Assembly (NCBI GenBank): GCA_030141605.1
Contig: JAQGDQ010000338.1
Location: 186,001-250,000, forward strand
Source: Tubiluchus corallicola
Lineage: Eukaryota > Animalia > Priapulida
Direction: 5' to 3'
Length of the DNA: 64,000 nt
Made by a program: the position numbers and the translations under genes. Below are positions 1 to 13,530 of the stretch, in pieces; within the stretch, counting starts at the first letter, position 1; every line of letters begins with the position of its first letter. The notes below the pieces were generated by a model, which was not told where the DNA came from, did not search any database, and saw only the letters and a list, made by a program, of their open reading frames with translations.

Positions 1-385
1 TAAAATTAATAAAATTTTAAAACTGACAGTTATTTGATCTGTTAATAGTTATTTTGATTTAAGCCAGTAACAATAGACTAAAAATGGTGATAAAATGGCA
101 AACTAGAAAATCTACATAGCATAAAAAACTGTGCAAGGTACAGTACTTTAGAGACACTTTGTACAAATCAGTATAGCGTGCATACTAAATGTCTTAAATA
201 CTTTAAAAAATTATCAGCAGTTGCAAATGAAGCACATTTTTTGCTTTTGTGTTTTTAAAAAAGTCGGACTTTGTTTTTTTGCATATGACAAAGAATGTTG
301 TGTATCTCACAGGATACATTGGGAACAAAAGTACCAAGCCAAAAAAATTTTTCTTATTAAAAAAAATAATTTGGGACTGAAAGGG
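1..385 (-). mobile_element. piggyBac-like MITE, copy truncated by the window edge (variant interior)
   Basis: Reverse complement of the elements at 44085-44538 and 59388-59840; ends TGAAAGGG followed by TTAA (386-389). Interior ~241-322 differs from the other two copies. Confidence 0.8.
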
Positions 386-908
386 TTAAACGTAAAATTT
401 TTATTATTTTTTGCGCAGATAATAAAGAAATAGAGGCAGCTCTCAACTTCTACTATTTTAGCTGAAAGTTGGCAGAAATTTGAGCATAAAAGCATAATTT
501 ATACTGTTTTCACTCTTCACAAAGTTTCAGCTAGAATTCTGTAACAGCGCAAGTTGCTAGAGCATTTTCAGCTTTTTAGTTCGCCAGTCAAGTTAATAAT
601 TAATGACCTATTGAATGAATCCAACCAGCAGTGAACATAACAATAATTAAATACCTGCTCAATCAGGGCTCGTTAATTATTCACCAGCCACCAGCCCCTT
701 GTGGCCGACTGCATCACTTTCGTTTTTCATTCGCGTAATAATCGCGTCTAGTTTTTTTACTGATTTATTGCCACGGTTAGTTGACTTTTGCGAAAGGAAG
801 GCAGATCAAAGAACGACAGCGGTGAAAGTGTTAAGAAGCATAAAATTGCAGTTTGGTTCGCAGGCTATTGTCAAGTAATTGTAGTAAATTTTTCCCAATA
901 TGAGCCGG

Positions 909-1002
909 CTAGTAGTAGTAGTAGTATGATGATGATGTTGATGATGATGGTGGTGGTGATGGTGTTGATGATGATGATGATGTTGATGACAATGATGATG
1001 AT

Positions 1003-1043
<41 letters not shown>

Positions 1044-1204
1044 TGTTGATGTTGATGTTGATGTTGATGACGATGATGATGTTGTTGATGATGATGATGG
1101 TGGTGGTGATGATGATGTTGATGATGATGATGATGGTGGTGGTGATGGTGATGACGATGATGATGATGTTGGTGGTGATGATGGTGTTGATGATGATGAT
1201 GATA
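909..1204. repeat. Imperfect (ATG/GTG/TTG/ACG)n trinucleotide microsatellite
   Basis: Seen directly; explains the poly-M, poly-H and poly-S ORFs. Confidence 0.95.
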
Positions 1205-1220
1205 AATCTTCATTTGCACA

Positions 1221-1251
<31 letters not shown>

Positions 1252-2282
1252 CGCAAGGGTTCTGTTTGCAGGCCGATAATTCTGGACTGTGTCATGATAT
1301 AAGAGTATATATACAACACGGTCAATTATAATCACGTCCTTAATACATGTACCACAAACTTGCTTATAAAACATTTTAGCAATTATTTATAATAATTAAG
1401 GTTCATAATAATAGAATTCATTCACTGGGATATTTACATTACATTATTAGGAAAGTGTTAAAATACAAACTTTTCTACGTGCTCGCTTTACTTACAAATA
1501 TATAAGAACAAGGATTTTTTCCTAAATTTACGATAAAACCTGGCTAAACTTTCCCTGAGTTGTACACATATGTATATACATATGTGTGCGTGAGCTAAAA
1601 GTTATGCACTTAACCGTTTCACATCCCTTTACAAACTGATAAGACAAAATCGTGTCTCGAAAAATTAACTAGAACTTTATTTAATGTTTTTTTTAAATCA
1701 ACAGGTAGCAGAAAGTTTTAGACAGTTCAGTTGTAATGAAATGAGTGACAGATTTGCGCAACGCTATTGCAGAAGAAATAATTGGAATTGGTCTTTGAAC
1801 CCAGAGGCAGTGGATAAATTAAAAACGGGTAGTAAAGGGGAAGGTGGTCTTGTGACATTCTTGTTCTGGGCGGGTTCTGTGCACCTCGCGATTTCGTCAC
1901 AGGTGTTGAATCGTCCAGCACAGTAGATTATAATTACGGTCCATCAACCCATGGGGGGACATTCAATGTAACAGTAAACGGACTGTTGTTGATGCGGTAG
2001 TGGGGGTGTGGCGGGCGAATACAAAAGAAGATCTTGTGTTATTTTAGCCAACAGTATCTCGTGTGTAACAACTCATGAACATGTTTAAAATCAACATGTT
2101 TTGCTTGCATAAAAATTGCTACAAGGAATTTAGTAGAAAAGACATTTGGTGAACTTGTAAATATTAATTTACAGAGAGGTGAGTGAAAAGATGACCTACG
2201 TCTTTCCTTACCCCATCTCCACTGATAAAGTAAAGTTTTTTGTAAAATGGAATTTCCTACACATTATTGGAGAAAATAAACG

Positions 2283-2400
2283 CCTATGTCTATGCCTATG
2301 TCTATGTCCATGTCTATGTCTATGTTTATGCCTATGTCTATGTTTATGTGTATGCCTATGTCTATGTCTATGTCTATGTCTATGTCTATGTCTATGTCTA
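2283..2400. repeat. (CTATGT)n hexamer microsatellite
   Basis: Seen directly. Confidence 0.9.
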
Positions 2401-2619
2401 GGCAGACAAGGTAGGAAACAACTTGACTGACCGATTCACCGACTCACTGAGTGTCTGAATGACTGACTGACTGGTCTGAATCACTGACCGATTATCTGGC
2501 TGACCAGCGGACTATCCGTTTAACTAAATTAAAAATTAATTAAACAATCACCTAATTAACTAACCAATGAACCACTAAATCAACCAACTAACGAACGAAA
2601 AAAGGACTGAACAGAAACG

Positions 2620-3812
2620 CATACTAACAAACGAGCACACAAACTAACAAACGAACACACCAACTAACGAGCGAACACAAACACACTAACGAACACACAG
2701 ACTAACAAACGAACTCACAAACTAACGAACGAACGCACAAACTAACAAACGAACACACCAACTAACGAGCGAACACAAACACACTAACGAACACACAGAC
2801 TAACAAACGAACACACAAACTAACGAACGAACGCACAAACTAACGAACGAACACACCAACTAACGAGCGAACACAAACACACTAACGAACACACAGACTA
2901 ACAAACGAACACACAAACTAACGAACGAACGAACGCACAAACTAACAAACGAACACACCAACTAACAAACGAACACACAGACTAACAAACGAACACACAG
3001 ACTAACGAACGAACACACAAACGAACAAACGAACACACCAACTAACAAACGAACACACAGACTAACAAACGAAGACACAAACTAACGAGCGAACACACAA
3101 ACAAACTTCCGAACACACAAACTAACAAACGAACACATAAACTAACGAACGAGCACACAAACTAACAAACGAACACACAAACTAACGAGCGCACACACAA
3201 ACTAACAAACGAGCACACAAACTAACAAACGAACACACGAACTAACAAACGGACACACAAACGAACAAATGAACACACCAACTAACAAACGAACACACAG
3301 ACTAACGAACGAACACACCAACTAACAAACGAGCACACAAACGAACAAATGAACACACCAACTAACAAACGAGCACACAAACGAACAAATTAACACACCA
3401 ACTAACAAACGAACACACAGACTAACAAACGAACACACCAACTAACGAACGAACACACAAACAAACTTCCGAACACACAAACTAACAAACGAACACATAA
3501 ACTAACGAACGAGCACACAAACTAACAAACGAACACACAAACTAACGAGCGCACACACACACTAACGAACGAACACACAAACTAACAAACGAACACACCA
3601 ACTAACAAACGAGCACACCAACTAACAAACGAACACACAGACTAACAAACGAACACACAAACTAACGAACGAACACACAAACTAACAAACGAACACACCA
3701 ACTAACAAACGAACACACAGACTAACGAACGAACACACAAACGAACACACCAACTAACAAACGAACACACAGACTAACAAACGAACACACAAACTAACGA
3801 ACGAACACACAA
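2620..3812. repeat. 20-bp minisatellite, consensus ACTAACAAACGAACACACAA, ~58 units
   Basis: 20-bp periodicity visible in the columns; variant ACAAACTTCC recurs at 3101 and 3461. Confidence 0.95.
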
Positions 3813-3906
3813 ATCGTATACAATCGTTTACAATCGTATCAAAATCATTTCCGCGATAAGATAGTCAAAACAAAACTAATTTCTTTCTACAAAGTTTTCT
3901 ATTAGC

Positions 3907-4281
3907 TTTTGAAATGTTCTTAAAAACTGAATTTTGTAGACATTTTTCTTTAGTATTTACATGCAGTTTTCTCAAATTCTATCTGAGAGTATTTGTAACA
4001 GTAGTTGTAGTAAACAAGTGTCCATGTGTGAACGTTTTGGAGTTACAAGCCTCCAAAATACAGGACCATTTCTTGACCTTTTCGTGTCCCGGGACAGCGA
4101 GCCAAAATACAAAATTTTATAAAAATGTCCAAAAGACTTAAAATGATCTAAAGCTTCCTGAAAGTTTGGCGCCTGTATCCAATCAGCCCCCATTTCATCA
4201 AAACTTGGCCTTAACAGACCGGACTATATGTAAAAACAGATAAAATGTCTATAAAATTCAGTTTTTAAGAGCATTTCAGAA
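3907..4281. mobile_element. Probable MITE with ~40-bp inverted repeats
   Basis: TTTTGAAATGTTCTTAAAAACTGAATTTTGTAGACATTTT (from ~3907) is the near-perfect reverse complement of AAAATGTCTATAAAATTCAGTTTTTAAGAGCATTTCAGAA (4242-4281). True termini and TSD not resolved. Confidence 0.55.
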
Positions 4282-4458
4282 GTAAAAGAAATCCGCTCTC
4301 AAAATTAGTAAAAACAGAAGTAATCCAGCAAAAAAACTAGGCACTGCTGTGACTTTATTATGAAGTACGATTGACTCTCTCTTGCAAAATTACATAGGAT
4401 AGGAATAGTCCTATTATAACACTAATTAAAAAATACATTATTACACAGCAACTTGTTT

Positions 4459-4724
4459 TCTGTAATATTCGAGTAATAAGATTCTGTAATATTCGAGTAA
4501 TAAAATTCTGTAATTCGAGTAATAAAATTCTGTAATATTCGAGTAATAAGATTCTGTAATATTCGAGTAATAAAATTCTGTAATATTCGAGTAATAAGAT
4601 TCTGTAATATTCGAGTAATAAGATTCTGTAATATTCGAGTAATAAGATTCTGTAATATTCGAGTAATAACATTCTGTAATATTCGAGTAATAAGATTCTG
4701 CAATATTCGAGTAACAAAATTCTG
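4459..4724. repeat. 24-bp minisatellite (TCTGTAATATTCGAGTAATAAGAT), ~11 units
   Basis: Seen directly; matches the 8-aa periodicity of the spurious ORFs. Confidence 0.95.
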
Positions 4725-5255
4725 TTACAATTTTGTTAACAGAGCACAACGAAATTGCACCAGCACCAAGATATTGTTCAATCCTTACCTGTCATATTGC
4801 TGAACGTCCCTTTTTTGCACCCTAAAGGGTTAAATCCAAAATAGTGCCTGCAGAGCACTATAAGAAAGCGACCACACACAAAATTTCGTCAAATGCACGT
4901 GTATTTTTATGATTTTTGTACAAGCAATGAGTTTTCTCTCTCTAATGTTGAGTCCTCTTGCACGTCCTACCACTTTCACTACCTGGGTACCTCTTCTGAA
5001 ACACCTGCGCGAGTGCGTCAGCAGACAATAGCAGTCATCCATTAGAGTGTGAAGCAGACGACCAGGTGTGACGCTCGTGCTCATTGGTTGCCATGGCTGT
5101 GTCTTGCTCGTTCATTGGTCAAACTTTCAGCTTCATAGGTTAAGAATCTACTTCTGGTCACTCTAGTAATTTGACGAATTATTTACGCTGTTAACAATTT
5201 AATGACTGTGAGATTAAAATGTGCGGTATAGGAAGTTGTACGGTCATTGGTACCT

Positions 5256-5490
5256 TTAGCCTATAGGCCTACAGTTTGTTAGCCTATAAGACTACAGTTT
5301 GTTAGCCTATAGGCCTACAGTTTGTTAGCCTATAGGACTACAGTTGTTAGCCTATAGGGCTGCAGTTTGTTAGCCTATGGGACTACAGTTTGTTAGCCTA
5401 TAGAACTACAGTTTGTTAGCCTATACGACTATAGTTTGTTAGCCTATAGGCCTACAGTTTGTTAGCCTATAAGACTACAGTTAGTTAGCT
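5256..5490. repeat. 23-bp minisatellite (TTAGCCTATAGGACTACAGTTTG), ~10 units
   Basis: Seen directly. Confidence 0.9.
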
Positions 5491-5625
5491 TTCTCACAAA
5501 AATCAACTGCAGTTATATCTGTTGTCATCTTAGCTTGCAACGTTTGTTCCAATATCAGCCTTTCTCAGTTGTCTATAGCAAAATAATCGGAAGGAATAAT
5601 CACAATTCACCATATAATTTAAATA

Positions 5626-6020
5626 CCCTAAACCTAACCATAGCCTTAACTCCAACCCTAACCCAACCATATTCCTAACGCTAAATCAACCCTAAACCTA
5701 ACTCTAAGTCAACTCTAACCCTAACGAAACGAAATCTCTAACCCTAAGTCAACTCTAACCCCAAATCTAACCCTAACCATAACCCAAAGACAACTCTAAC
5801 CCTAACCCAACCATATCCGTAACCCTAAGTCAACCCGAACCCCAAATCTAACTCTAACCCAACCATATCCATAACCCTAAATCTGCCCGAACCCTAAACC
5901 TAAGCCAACTTTAACCTTAACCCAACCATATCCCTAACCCTAAGTCAACCCTAACCCTAACCCTAAGCCAACTTTAACCTTAACCCAACCATATCCCTAA
6001 CCCTAACCATAATCCTAATC
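5626..6020. repeat. Degenerate telomere-like (CCCTAA)n interstitial tract
   Basis: Many CCCTAA/CCCAA/CTCTAA variants with recurring sub-blocks such as ACCCAACCATATCC. Confidence 0.8.
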
Positions 6021-6197
6021 CTTCACGAGCTAATTCCTCGTGTGTGAGAATTGTAAACTTTAGCTAAATAATTTATAAACGACATTAAATAATTATAATG
6101 GATTATATAGAATTCGCTACCTCCTCGCACACTAAATTTAGCAATACTAAGTGCCAGTATTGAAGTATCGCAACATACGTTTATCGCTGTTCAAGGA

Positions 6198-6306
6198 ATC
6201 TTGAATAGTATAATCTATCTATCTTGAATAGTATAATCTATCTATCTTGAATAGTATGATCTATCTATCTTGAATAGAGTAATCTATCTATCTTGAATAG
6301 TATAAT
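6198..6306. repeat. 23-bp minisatellite (TCTTGAATAGTATAATCTATCTA), ~5 units
   Basis: Seen directly. Confidence 0.85.
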
Positions 6307-7996
6307 TTCTATTACGCCTGTTTGATGTTGCATACAGACCTGTCTTTGAGATTTGTCAAAGACAAAAATTAATGCTTTTTCCTTTATTATTAAACTTTAA
6401 GCCCCAATATTGCATAATTAAGTTAACAAAATTACAATTTAAAAAAACATAAGAATCAAAGAAAAAAGTTAAATCACAAAAAAATAAAATAAAACTAATT
6501 GTACGAAAAAGTTAAAAATGGCCAAAATTGCTTTTATAGAAAATTTGATTCTCTGTCAAGATACGAAAATTTAATCTCTACGCCAATTTTTAATGGCCAT
6601 TCAATTATGATATGAATTCGCTAGTTTTACGCTGCGTTAGTCAAAGTAGTGAAAAAGGCGTGAACTCTGGCGACTAATTTCCAATTAATAACGTAATCAT
6701 TAAAATGTTTTGGCAAAAAAAGCGAAAGGAAAGGTGTAACATACACATAACGATGACTCTGGCTAATAACAGTTTCAAGCGGTTCCTGGGCGGGACGGTC
6801 TCCTGCCCCGCGGCTATGTAGTCGTGCAGGCAACTTAGAGGTGAAAGCCCTTTCGCTTTCTCTGGTAGTTTGACACCGACCCGCTTTCAGAACTGTGCGT
6901 AATACCGGGGAACAGACGTTGGCGCCCATCTAAGCAAACTATGCTTTTGAACCAGTTTATTCAAACTGGCGTTGTTTGCTGTATTATTATAACAACTGTA
7001 AAGTTTAAAAAATCTAAAAATTGGTTATTTCAAGTGCAATGCATTTTGAACATGCAGCGATTTTTTTCAAATTTAAAGGAAATTGATTACACTCAATTTC
7101 ATTTTAATTTACAGTCCAAAATATACATTTTTTTGCATATAAAAGTTAACAATTGTTTCTTGTATTTGAATAATTAGCTTACAAAGTTAATTAACGGCAA
7201 CCGAATACAGCTATTGCTTACGTCAGAAACTAACCACAGTTTGTGCGATGGCAGGCATTTTCCCTTGCGCGTCAAGCACGTTTGCATAAGTGTTGCTGCT
7301 TAAATGCGTGATATCATGAAAATGGGCTCTACCTCATATGACGTCAGAAACTAATACTGCAGTTCATGATTATGCTTATCACGGTACCGCCTTCTATTTG
7401 TCGGTGCCGCGCACGTAACAAAAAGGCGTCGCTGCCAATCTTAGTAGATTCACTGAGCCGCGCGTAGCTTTGAAAGTTTAACAAAATTTGAGTAACCGAG
7501 GTAATTATTATTTAATCTAAGTTTTGATTTAAAAAAAACTAATGTAGTTTTCAATATTTTAGAGCATTCTTTATTCTGAAATGACGTTTGCACAATCATC
7601 CGGTTTTCCTTTAAAGACTAACAGTGTCTAAAGATCAAAAACTTCCAACTTCAAATTTTAAACACTAGGAGTCGCACCTCTGTTGCTTCACACTCTTTTA
7701 GTTTTTTCCAAATCCAGTTAACACAAAATTGGCATTATGTTATGCAAAATGTACAACATAAAGACATCAGAAATGATCTTAAATTACATGAAGCCTTACA
7801 ATTTACAACAAGCAAGAGAAATTATCGGCTCAGATCAAAATTAAAACTTGTGAGACCCGAACCGAATGGGCGATATGGACTAACGGTGCGCAGGGGGCGC
7901 AGGATGTGCAAAAGAAAAAAAGATAATCGCAAAAGGTTATGAATGTGAAGATGTGATGAGAAAGAGGGTGAAAAGATGAAGAATGAAAGGAATGTG

Positions 7997-8030
7997 ATGA
8001 TAAGAATAAGAATAAGAATGAGAATGAGAA

Positions 8031-8079
<49 letters not shown>

Positions 8080-8846
8080 AAGAATAGGAATAGGAATAGG
8101 AATAGGACTAGGACTAGGACTAGGACTAGGACTAGGACTAGGACTAGGACTAGGACTAGGACTAGGACCAGGAATAGGAATTGGAATAGGAATAGGAATA
8201 GAATAGAATAGAATAGAATAGAATAGAATAGAATAGAATAGAATAGAATAGAATAGAATAGAATAGAATAGAATAGAATAGAATAAGCATAAGCATAAGC
8301 ATAAGCATAAGCATAAGCATAAGAATAAGAACAATATCAAGAACAAAAACATGAACAAGAACAAGAACAAGAACAAGAACAAGAATAGGACTAGGACTAG
8401 GACTAGGACTAGGACTAGGACTAGGACTAGGAATAGGAATAGAATAGAATAGAATAGAATAGAATAGAATAGAATAGAATAGAATAGAATAGAATAGAAT
8501 AGAATAGAATAGAATAGAATAGAATAAGCATAAGCATAAGCATAAGCATAAGCATAAGCATAAGCATAAGCATAAGCATAAGCATAAGCATAAGCATAGG
8601 AATAGGAATAGGAATAGGAATAGGAATAGGAATAGGAAAAGGAATAGGAATAGGAATAGGAATAGGAATAGGAATAGGAATAGGAATAGGAATAGGAATA
8701 AGAATAAGAATAAGAATAAGAATAAGAATAAGAATAAGAATAAGGATAAGGATAAGAATAAGAATATGAATAAGAATAAGAATAAGAATAAGAATAAGAA
8801 TAAGAATAAGAATAAGAATAAGAATAAGAATAAGAATAAGAATAAG
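7997..8846. repeat. Compound hexamer/pentamer microsatellite (AATAAG, AATGAG, AGTGAG, AATAGG, ACTAGG, AATAG, CATAAG, AACAAG)
   Basis: Seen directly; consecutive pure blocks of related motifs. Confidence 0.95.
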
Positions 8847-9699
8847 TATAATACATTAAAATAAGCATTAGAGTAATGTACAACAGAGGAGGCAACCTGG
8901 AACACCTAATACGTCACAAATTAATTTACCTCTTTTTTATCTTTCTTCTTCTTCTTCTTTTTCTACACTTACATTAATGAGCCATAACATCCAACGCGAT
9001 AATGTACAACAGAGGTGAGATTTTACACAGTTTTTGACTCACGTCCACGTGACTCACATTTTAACCGGTCATCGCGGGAATTTACACAGCGTTACTACCG
9101 GTCATGCAAGTGGAGGGCTTTCTTGTGTTTTAAATTTACGAACATACGACATACGTGCTTTAGCGAGTAAGTACTGCAATGTTTGTTTATGCAAGGGTTT
9201 TTCTAGCCGTACAATAATATCAACAGTTTCTTAAGTAAATCAATAGCATTTTATCTTCCCCATGCGATTTTAGTTTAACTGTGCGTGCGTGCGTGCGTGC
9301 GTGCGTACGTGCATGCGTGTGTCCCTCTCTTACAGGCACAGTATTACCGTGGAATAATTGTGATACCTTCTTAAAAACTTCGTTATAACCTCTGATGATA
9401 GTCATCACGAAGTGTGATCACATTGCCATATTAGTTATTATTACGAAAGTTTGACAAGGAGGGGCATATCAAGACTTTACGACAACCTAGGCTGATAGTT
9501 CTGTCCCGCCTAACTCTATTGTAAATTTATGGTTATTTATGTAATGAGCAGGTTAAACAATTACTTGTGGTGCATTAGAAACCGTATTAATCTAGTTTCC
9601 AAGTGGGTATTATTAATTACATGTATCTGCATAGCGCCTATTTTCAAGCAGGTTGCGCAACTGCTTGTTGTGTAATACCCTTCACCTGTTCGTTATGTG

Positions 9700-9838
9700 G
9701 CACTTACTATATAAAAGCTGTGTTTAGTAACTGCCTTTTAACGAGATTTACTCTTTTTGGCGCGAGTACGACACATGTGTAATTGCTGGTTTAATGCGTT
9801 TTTCTGAAACCTACTTCATGTAACCCCTTTCTTGTCCT
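9700..9838 (-). mobile_element. Fragment (left end) of the TTAA-flanked Kolobok-like MITE family
   Basis: Reverse complement of 11133ff and 46170ff (AGGACAAGAAA.GGGG..TGAAGTAGGTTTCAGAAAAA); TTAA at 9839-9842. Inner limit approximate. Confidence 0.55.
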
Positions 9839-10204
9839 TTAAATGACGCAAAACAGTTTAAGATTTTGAGCGTGATTAGCGTCAATTTTTATGTATTACC
9901 GATTTAATCCGGATACTGATAATATATATATATATATAATACTGATAATTTAATACTTCATCAGTGTGTAAACCGTTGAGTTTACTAGCTGTGGTTATTG
10001 GCGTTCATAATCATAATCTATCAACTGGTGGAAGAGATACAATTATCTAGTCCTTAGATTACGTGATATGGACGAAGTTTATCATTAGATCACATTAATG
10101 TGATTTGCAAATTTGTGAATAGTTGTAAAATTAGATTCAACTTGGTATTTTATCAACTAGAACGTTATTCCTATTATAAAAGACCAAATCTATTGTGTTT
10201 TCCT

Positions 10205-10990
10205 ATTATTATTTTTTATTATTAATTTTGTCATTAAAATAGTTCACTCGTTATAATAAAATTGAGTAAGCCTCAGCGTAATGTTACAACACTGTTCAAG
10301 ACAAATGCGTCCAGTGCTTACTAAAAAAAAACTAAAGTGCAAAACTAAGGTCTAATTATATACAATAAATGAACATATTTACAAACACCATATTAAAATA
10401 TTTTTACAAAACAATATTACAAAAGTACATTAAATTTGACATGACACAATTAACAGAAACATGCTTTACATTACACAAATTTCACTCATTACATTTACAC
10501 TATTCATACATTTGACATTACAAAACTAACATACACGTATTACATTAAATAATTTTTTTTAAAAATTTTACATTTTTAATCGTTTTATGGAGTCAGGGGC
10601 GGGGGTAGGTGAAAGTTGAGTCTGTGTAATTAGTATCAGATGCACAATGTGGAAGTTGAAACCTGTTATGTTGATATTCTTTTAATTTTTTTTAAAGTGG
10701 TGGAGAGATTCTATTTGTTTTATTGCACTGGGTAGTAAGTTCCATAAATGTATGGCTTGTTTTGATATAGAGTTATTTCCAAATTTATTGTTTACTGTAA
10801 TTTGCTTTAAATTGTGTGTTCTATTGTTTAAAGTGGTATCAGGAATGAATGCTAAGGGATTGTTTATAAATGGAATGCTCAGTTTATTTATATATTTATA
10901 AAGAAATATCAGTGTTTTGTAATCTCGATAGGCTTCTAATATTGGTATTTTTGTGGACGTTCTTAAGCTTGTTGCAGAAGCAGCATGTTG
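10205..10990 (-). mobile_element. 5'-truncated LINE 3' end, L2/Crack-like
   Basis: Minus strand translates ...KFGNNSISKQAIHLWNLLPSAIKQIESLHHFKKKLKE..., the typical 'WNxLP...FKxxLK' ORF2 C-terminus, followed by 3' UTR and TAA-rich tail. Near-identical second copy at 54620-55225. Confidence 0.75.
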
Positions 10991-11132
10991 TTCAGCAGTT
11001 TTGCTAGAGTAACCAAGAACAAAACGAGATTAGAAAATTAAATCATCCAATAATTAACACTTCTAGAGCTTGTCCAAAAGTTACAAAGTAGTTTTGACGC
11101 TAATCACGCTCAAAATCTTATGCGTCATTTAA

Positions 11133-11510
11133 AGGACAAGAAAAGGGGCACCTGAAGTAGGTTTCAGAAAAATCGCCTTAAAATTATATTACTTTACAGC
11201 ATTTTTATGCGTATATCGTACTCGTGTTGAGAGAATTTTTGTTTGTTTTCATTTTAATTCTCCCGCAATACTGTTCCAACCACGCCATTACATGACGTCA
11301 CTACTACGCCTCGTAAATCAGGGGAAGAAAAGGAAATGTTAAACTATGCCCCAAAAAACGTTCCCTGCAAATCTGTATTACTTAGCATCTCGCTTATCTG
11401 CTGGAAAGAGTTGTGTAAGTAGAAATAATTTAAAATGTTTGTGCCAATCGGTAAAATATCGCTGATTCACCCTCCAGGGTGCGCCACTCACTAGCCTAAA
11501 ACGTGATACT
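11133..11510 (+). mobile_element. Left part of the Kolobok-like MITE family
   Basis: Homologous to 46170-46555; starts after TTAA at 11129-11132. Confidence 0.6.
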
Positions 11511-12774
11511 CTCAAACACGAGTGTTCCCTTCTTTGTTAAACGAATCATAGAAGGCGCATGCCGAAATTTTCTTGACAAGCAAGACCTAAGAGCTCGTGG
11601 GGAATTTCTGCTTGGCTTCTCGCGAGAGAAAACGTTATTTTTGTTGTTTGGAGAGTGTAGTGGAGATCGCTGGCGTCTATAAGAATTACATGGAATATTG
11701 TAGAATGTTCCGTTGGAATGATCGTCTTACCGTGTGGAATGTTCTGGAACAAAACTTCTGGAAGCTTCTTGGGCGCGCTACATAAGGCGAAGCAGGCCGC
11801 TGAGACGAGAACACACGGATTCACACGGACACCACTTACACATTCACTTGTATACTTGTATGTTCAGATACACTTAAACGTTTTCCAGATTTTCAGATTT
11901 ACTGTAATCATTTCGCATTCCTTCATACTTTTGTGTTGTAGAATTCTCGCTTAATAAACTAGTTTAATTTGATGACGTGTTTTCTGGTTTTCTCTACGAG
12001 CCTTCCGAGAGAAACAAAACACAACAGAGAGATTAGTTTTGACGTGGAAAGTTATAATAGCAAAGGTTAACATCCAGTGTGTAGTCATTGGTTACATCTG
12101 AATTGTCATCTTCTGTTTCTTTTGTATGCTGTTTTGATTCTACAATTGTTCTCGATATCGCAACTAGTTTTACAAAAAATTGACGTTAAAATGAACTTTT
12201 GTCAGCAAGTAGCTTTGCGCTTTATACTGTCATGGAGTGAATCTAAATGGGAGTCAGAACACAACACAAAACGCAATGCACTAGTACACCACAAACTCTT
12301 TCTGCAAAGAACGCCATATTCAAAAAGGATCAAATTTACGAAGCCAATTGCACGACAATGGCACCGCCAAATTGATATTTCGAGTGTCTTTAACGGTGAC
12401 GTAACAATGCCATTAGTCCATTACGTGTAAAAACGTCTCAAAACACGTGACTAAATGATTGTGTTCAATTGGTTTGATCTAGTATTCTAGTTTTATGTGT
12501 GTACTTGCAAACTAAAGCCACCCATAAGTCAGCATAGTTAAAACTATGTTATTATGCTTCAAATAAAAATGCACTAAAAATTTAATCAAATGTCAAAAGC
12601 AAATGCTAAATATATTTCACTCTGATATTCTAGCAACAAATTGTCAAGAAAAGGTTAAAAAAATACTAAAAATTCAATTTTATAACTCCTTACCCACTTT
12701 TCTGGCTAGAAACTAGTACTGCAATTGTAAAAAAACTCGTATTTTTCAAACTCGGATAGTAGCTAATGGAAGCA

Positions 12775-13015
12775 GTCGTTTTGCTTCGGGTTTTTTCTGT
12801 TACCAAGCCCAGATATTCGTCAGGAAGAGCCATCTACTGGATTTAAAAATAACATCAATGTGTTCTTGCAAAGTCTGTAGTAACCAACATTTGTGTTGTT
12901 GCTAAGTGTTTTGTAGAACCAAGAAAAAAACAATGGCTAACTGTAACAGGAATTTTCTCAAGATTATCTTTTTCAGTGTGCAGCCTACACCTCAACTTCA
13001 ACGTGGATTATCTCA
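12775..13015 (+). repeat. Unclassified dispersed repeat (second copy ~23620-23858)
   Basis: Shared blocks such as GTGTTCTTGCAAAGTC, GTTGCTAAGTGTTTT and CTCAAGATTAT...CAGTGTGCAGCCT.CACCTCAACTTCAAC. Confidence 0.7.
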
Positions 13016-13530
13016 GCTTAGAAATAACATAGAGCAACGAGCTTGGTATCAAAGTGATCCTCATGAAATGGAGATCTAGGATAAGTGAATAACTAGAAAA
13101 ACTTAATTGCAGACTTATGGATGATTTTGATGTGCAAGCACACGTTAATAGATTCATTTTTTGTGATTTCACTTTTACTAACCCTTGGACCATAATAGAA
13201 ATAGCGTGTACGTATCACGTGTTTCATGTATCCAAGGAAAAAATGAATTTCTGTTTTATTCTGTTCTATATTGTAAATCGTTGCACTGTGACCGCATGTC
13301 GAGTAGTAGTAGCGTTAGTGTTTGTGAGATTCGATAGAAATGAAAAGTATTGAACAACAAACACGACCGGAAAGTTCGAAATCAAGAAAAAGCTGTCTTA
13401 GGTTGTCTTGGTTGATAATAATGGGAAGGTTTTTTTAAGACCTCCAATATTCACAAGTACTTTACATACTCAAAAAAGAAACACATTCACAGGTTGCTTT
13501 TATATGTACAGTTATTTCACTTATTGTGCT

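Noticed and set aside
5626-6020. True telomere or chromosome-fusion site
   Set aside because: Highly degenerate, internal, single orientation with no head-to-head TTAGGG/CCCTAA junction.
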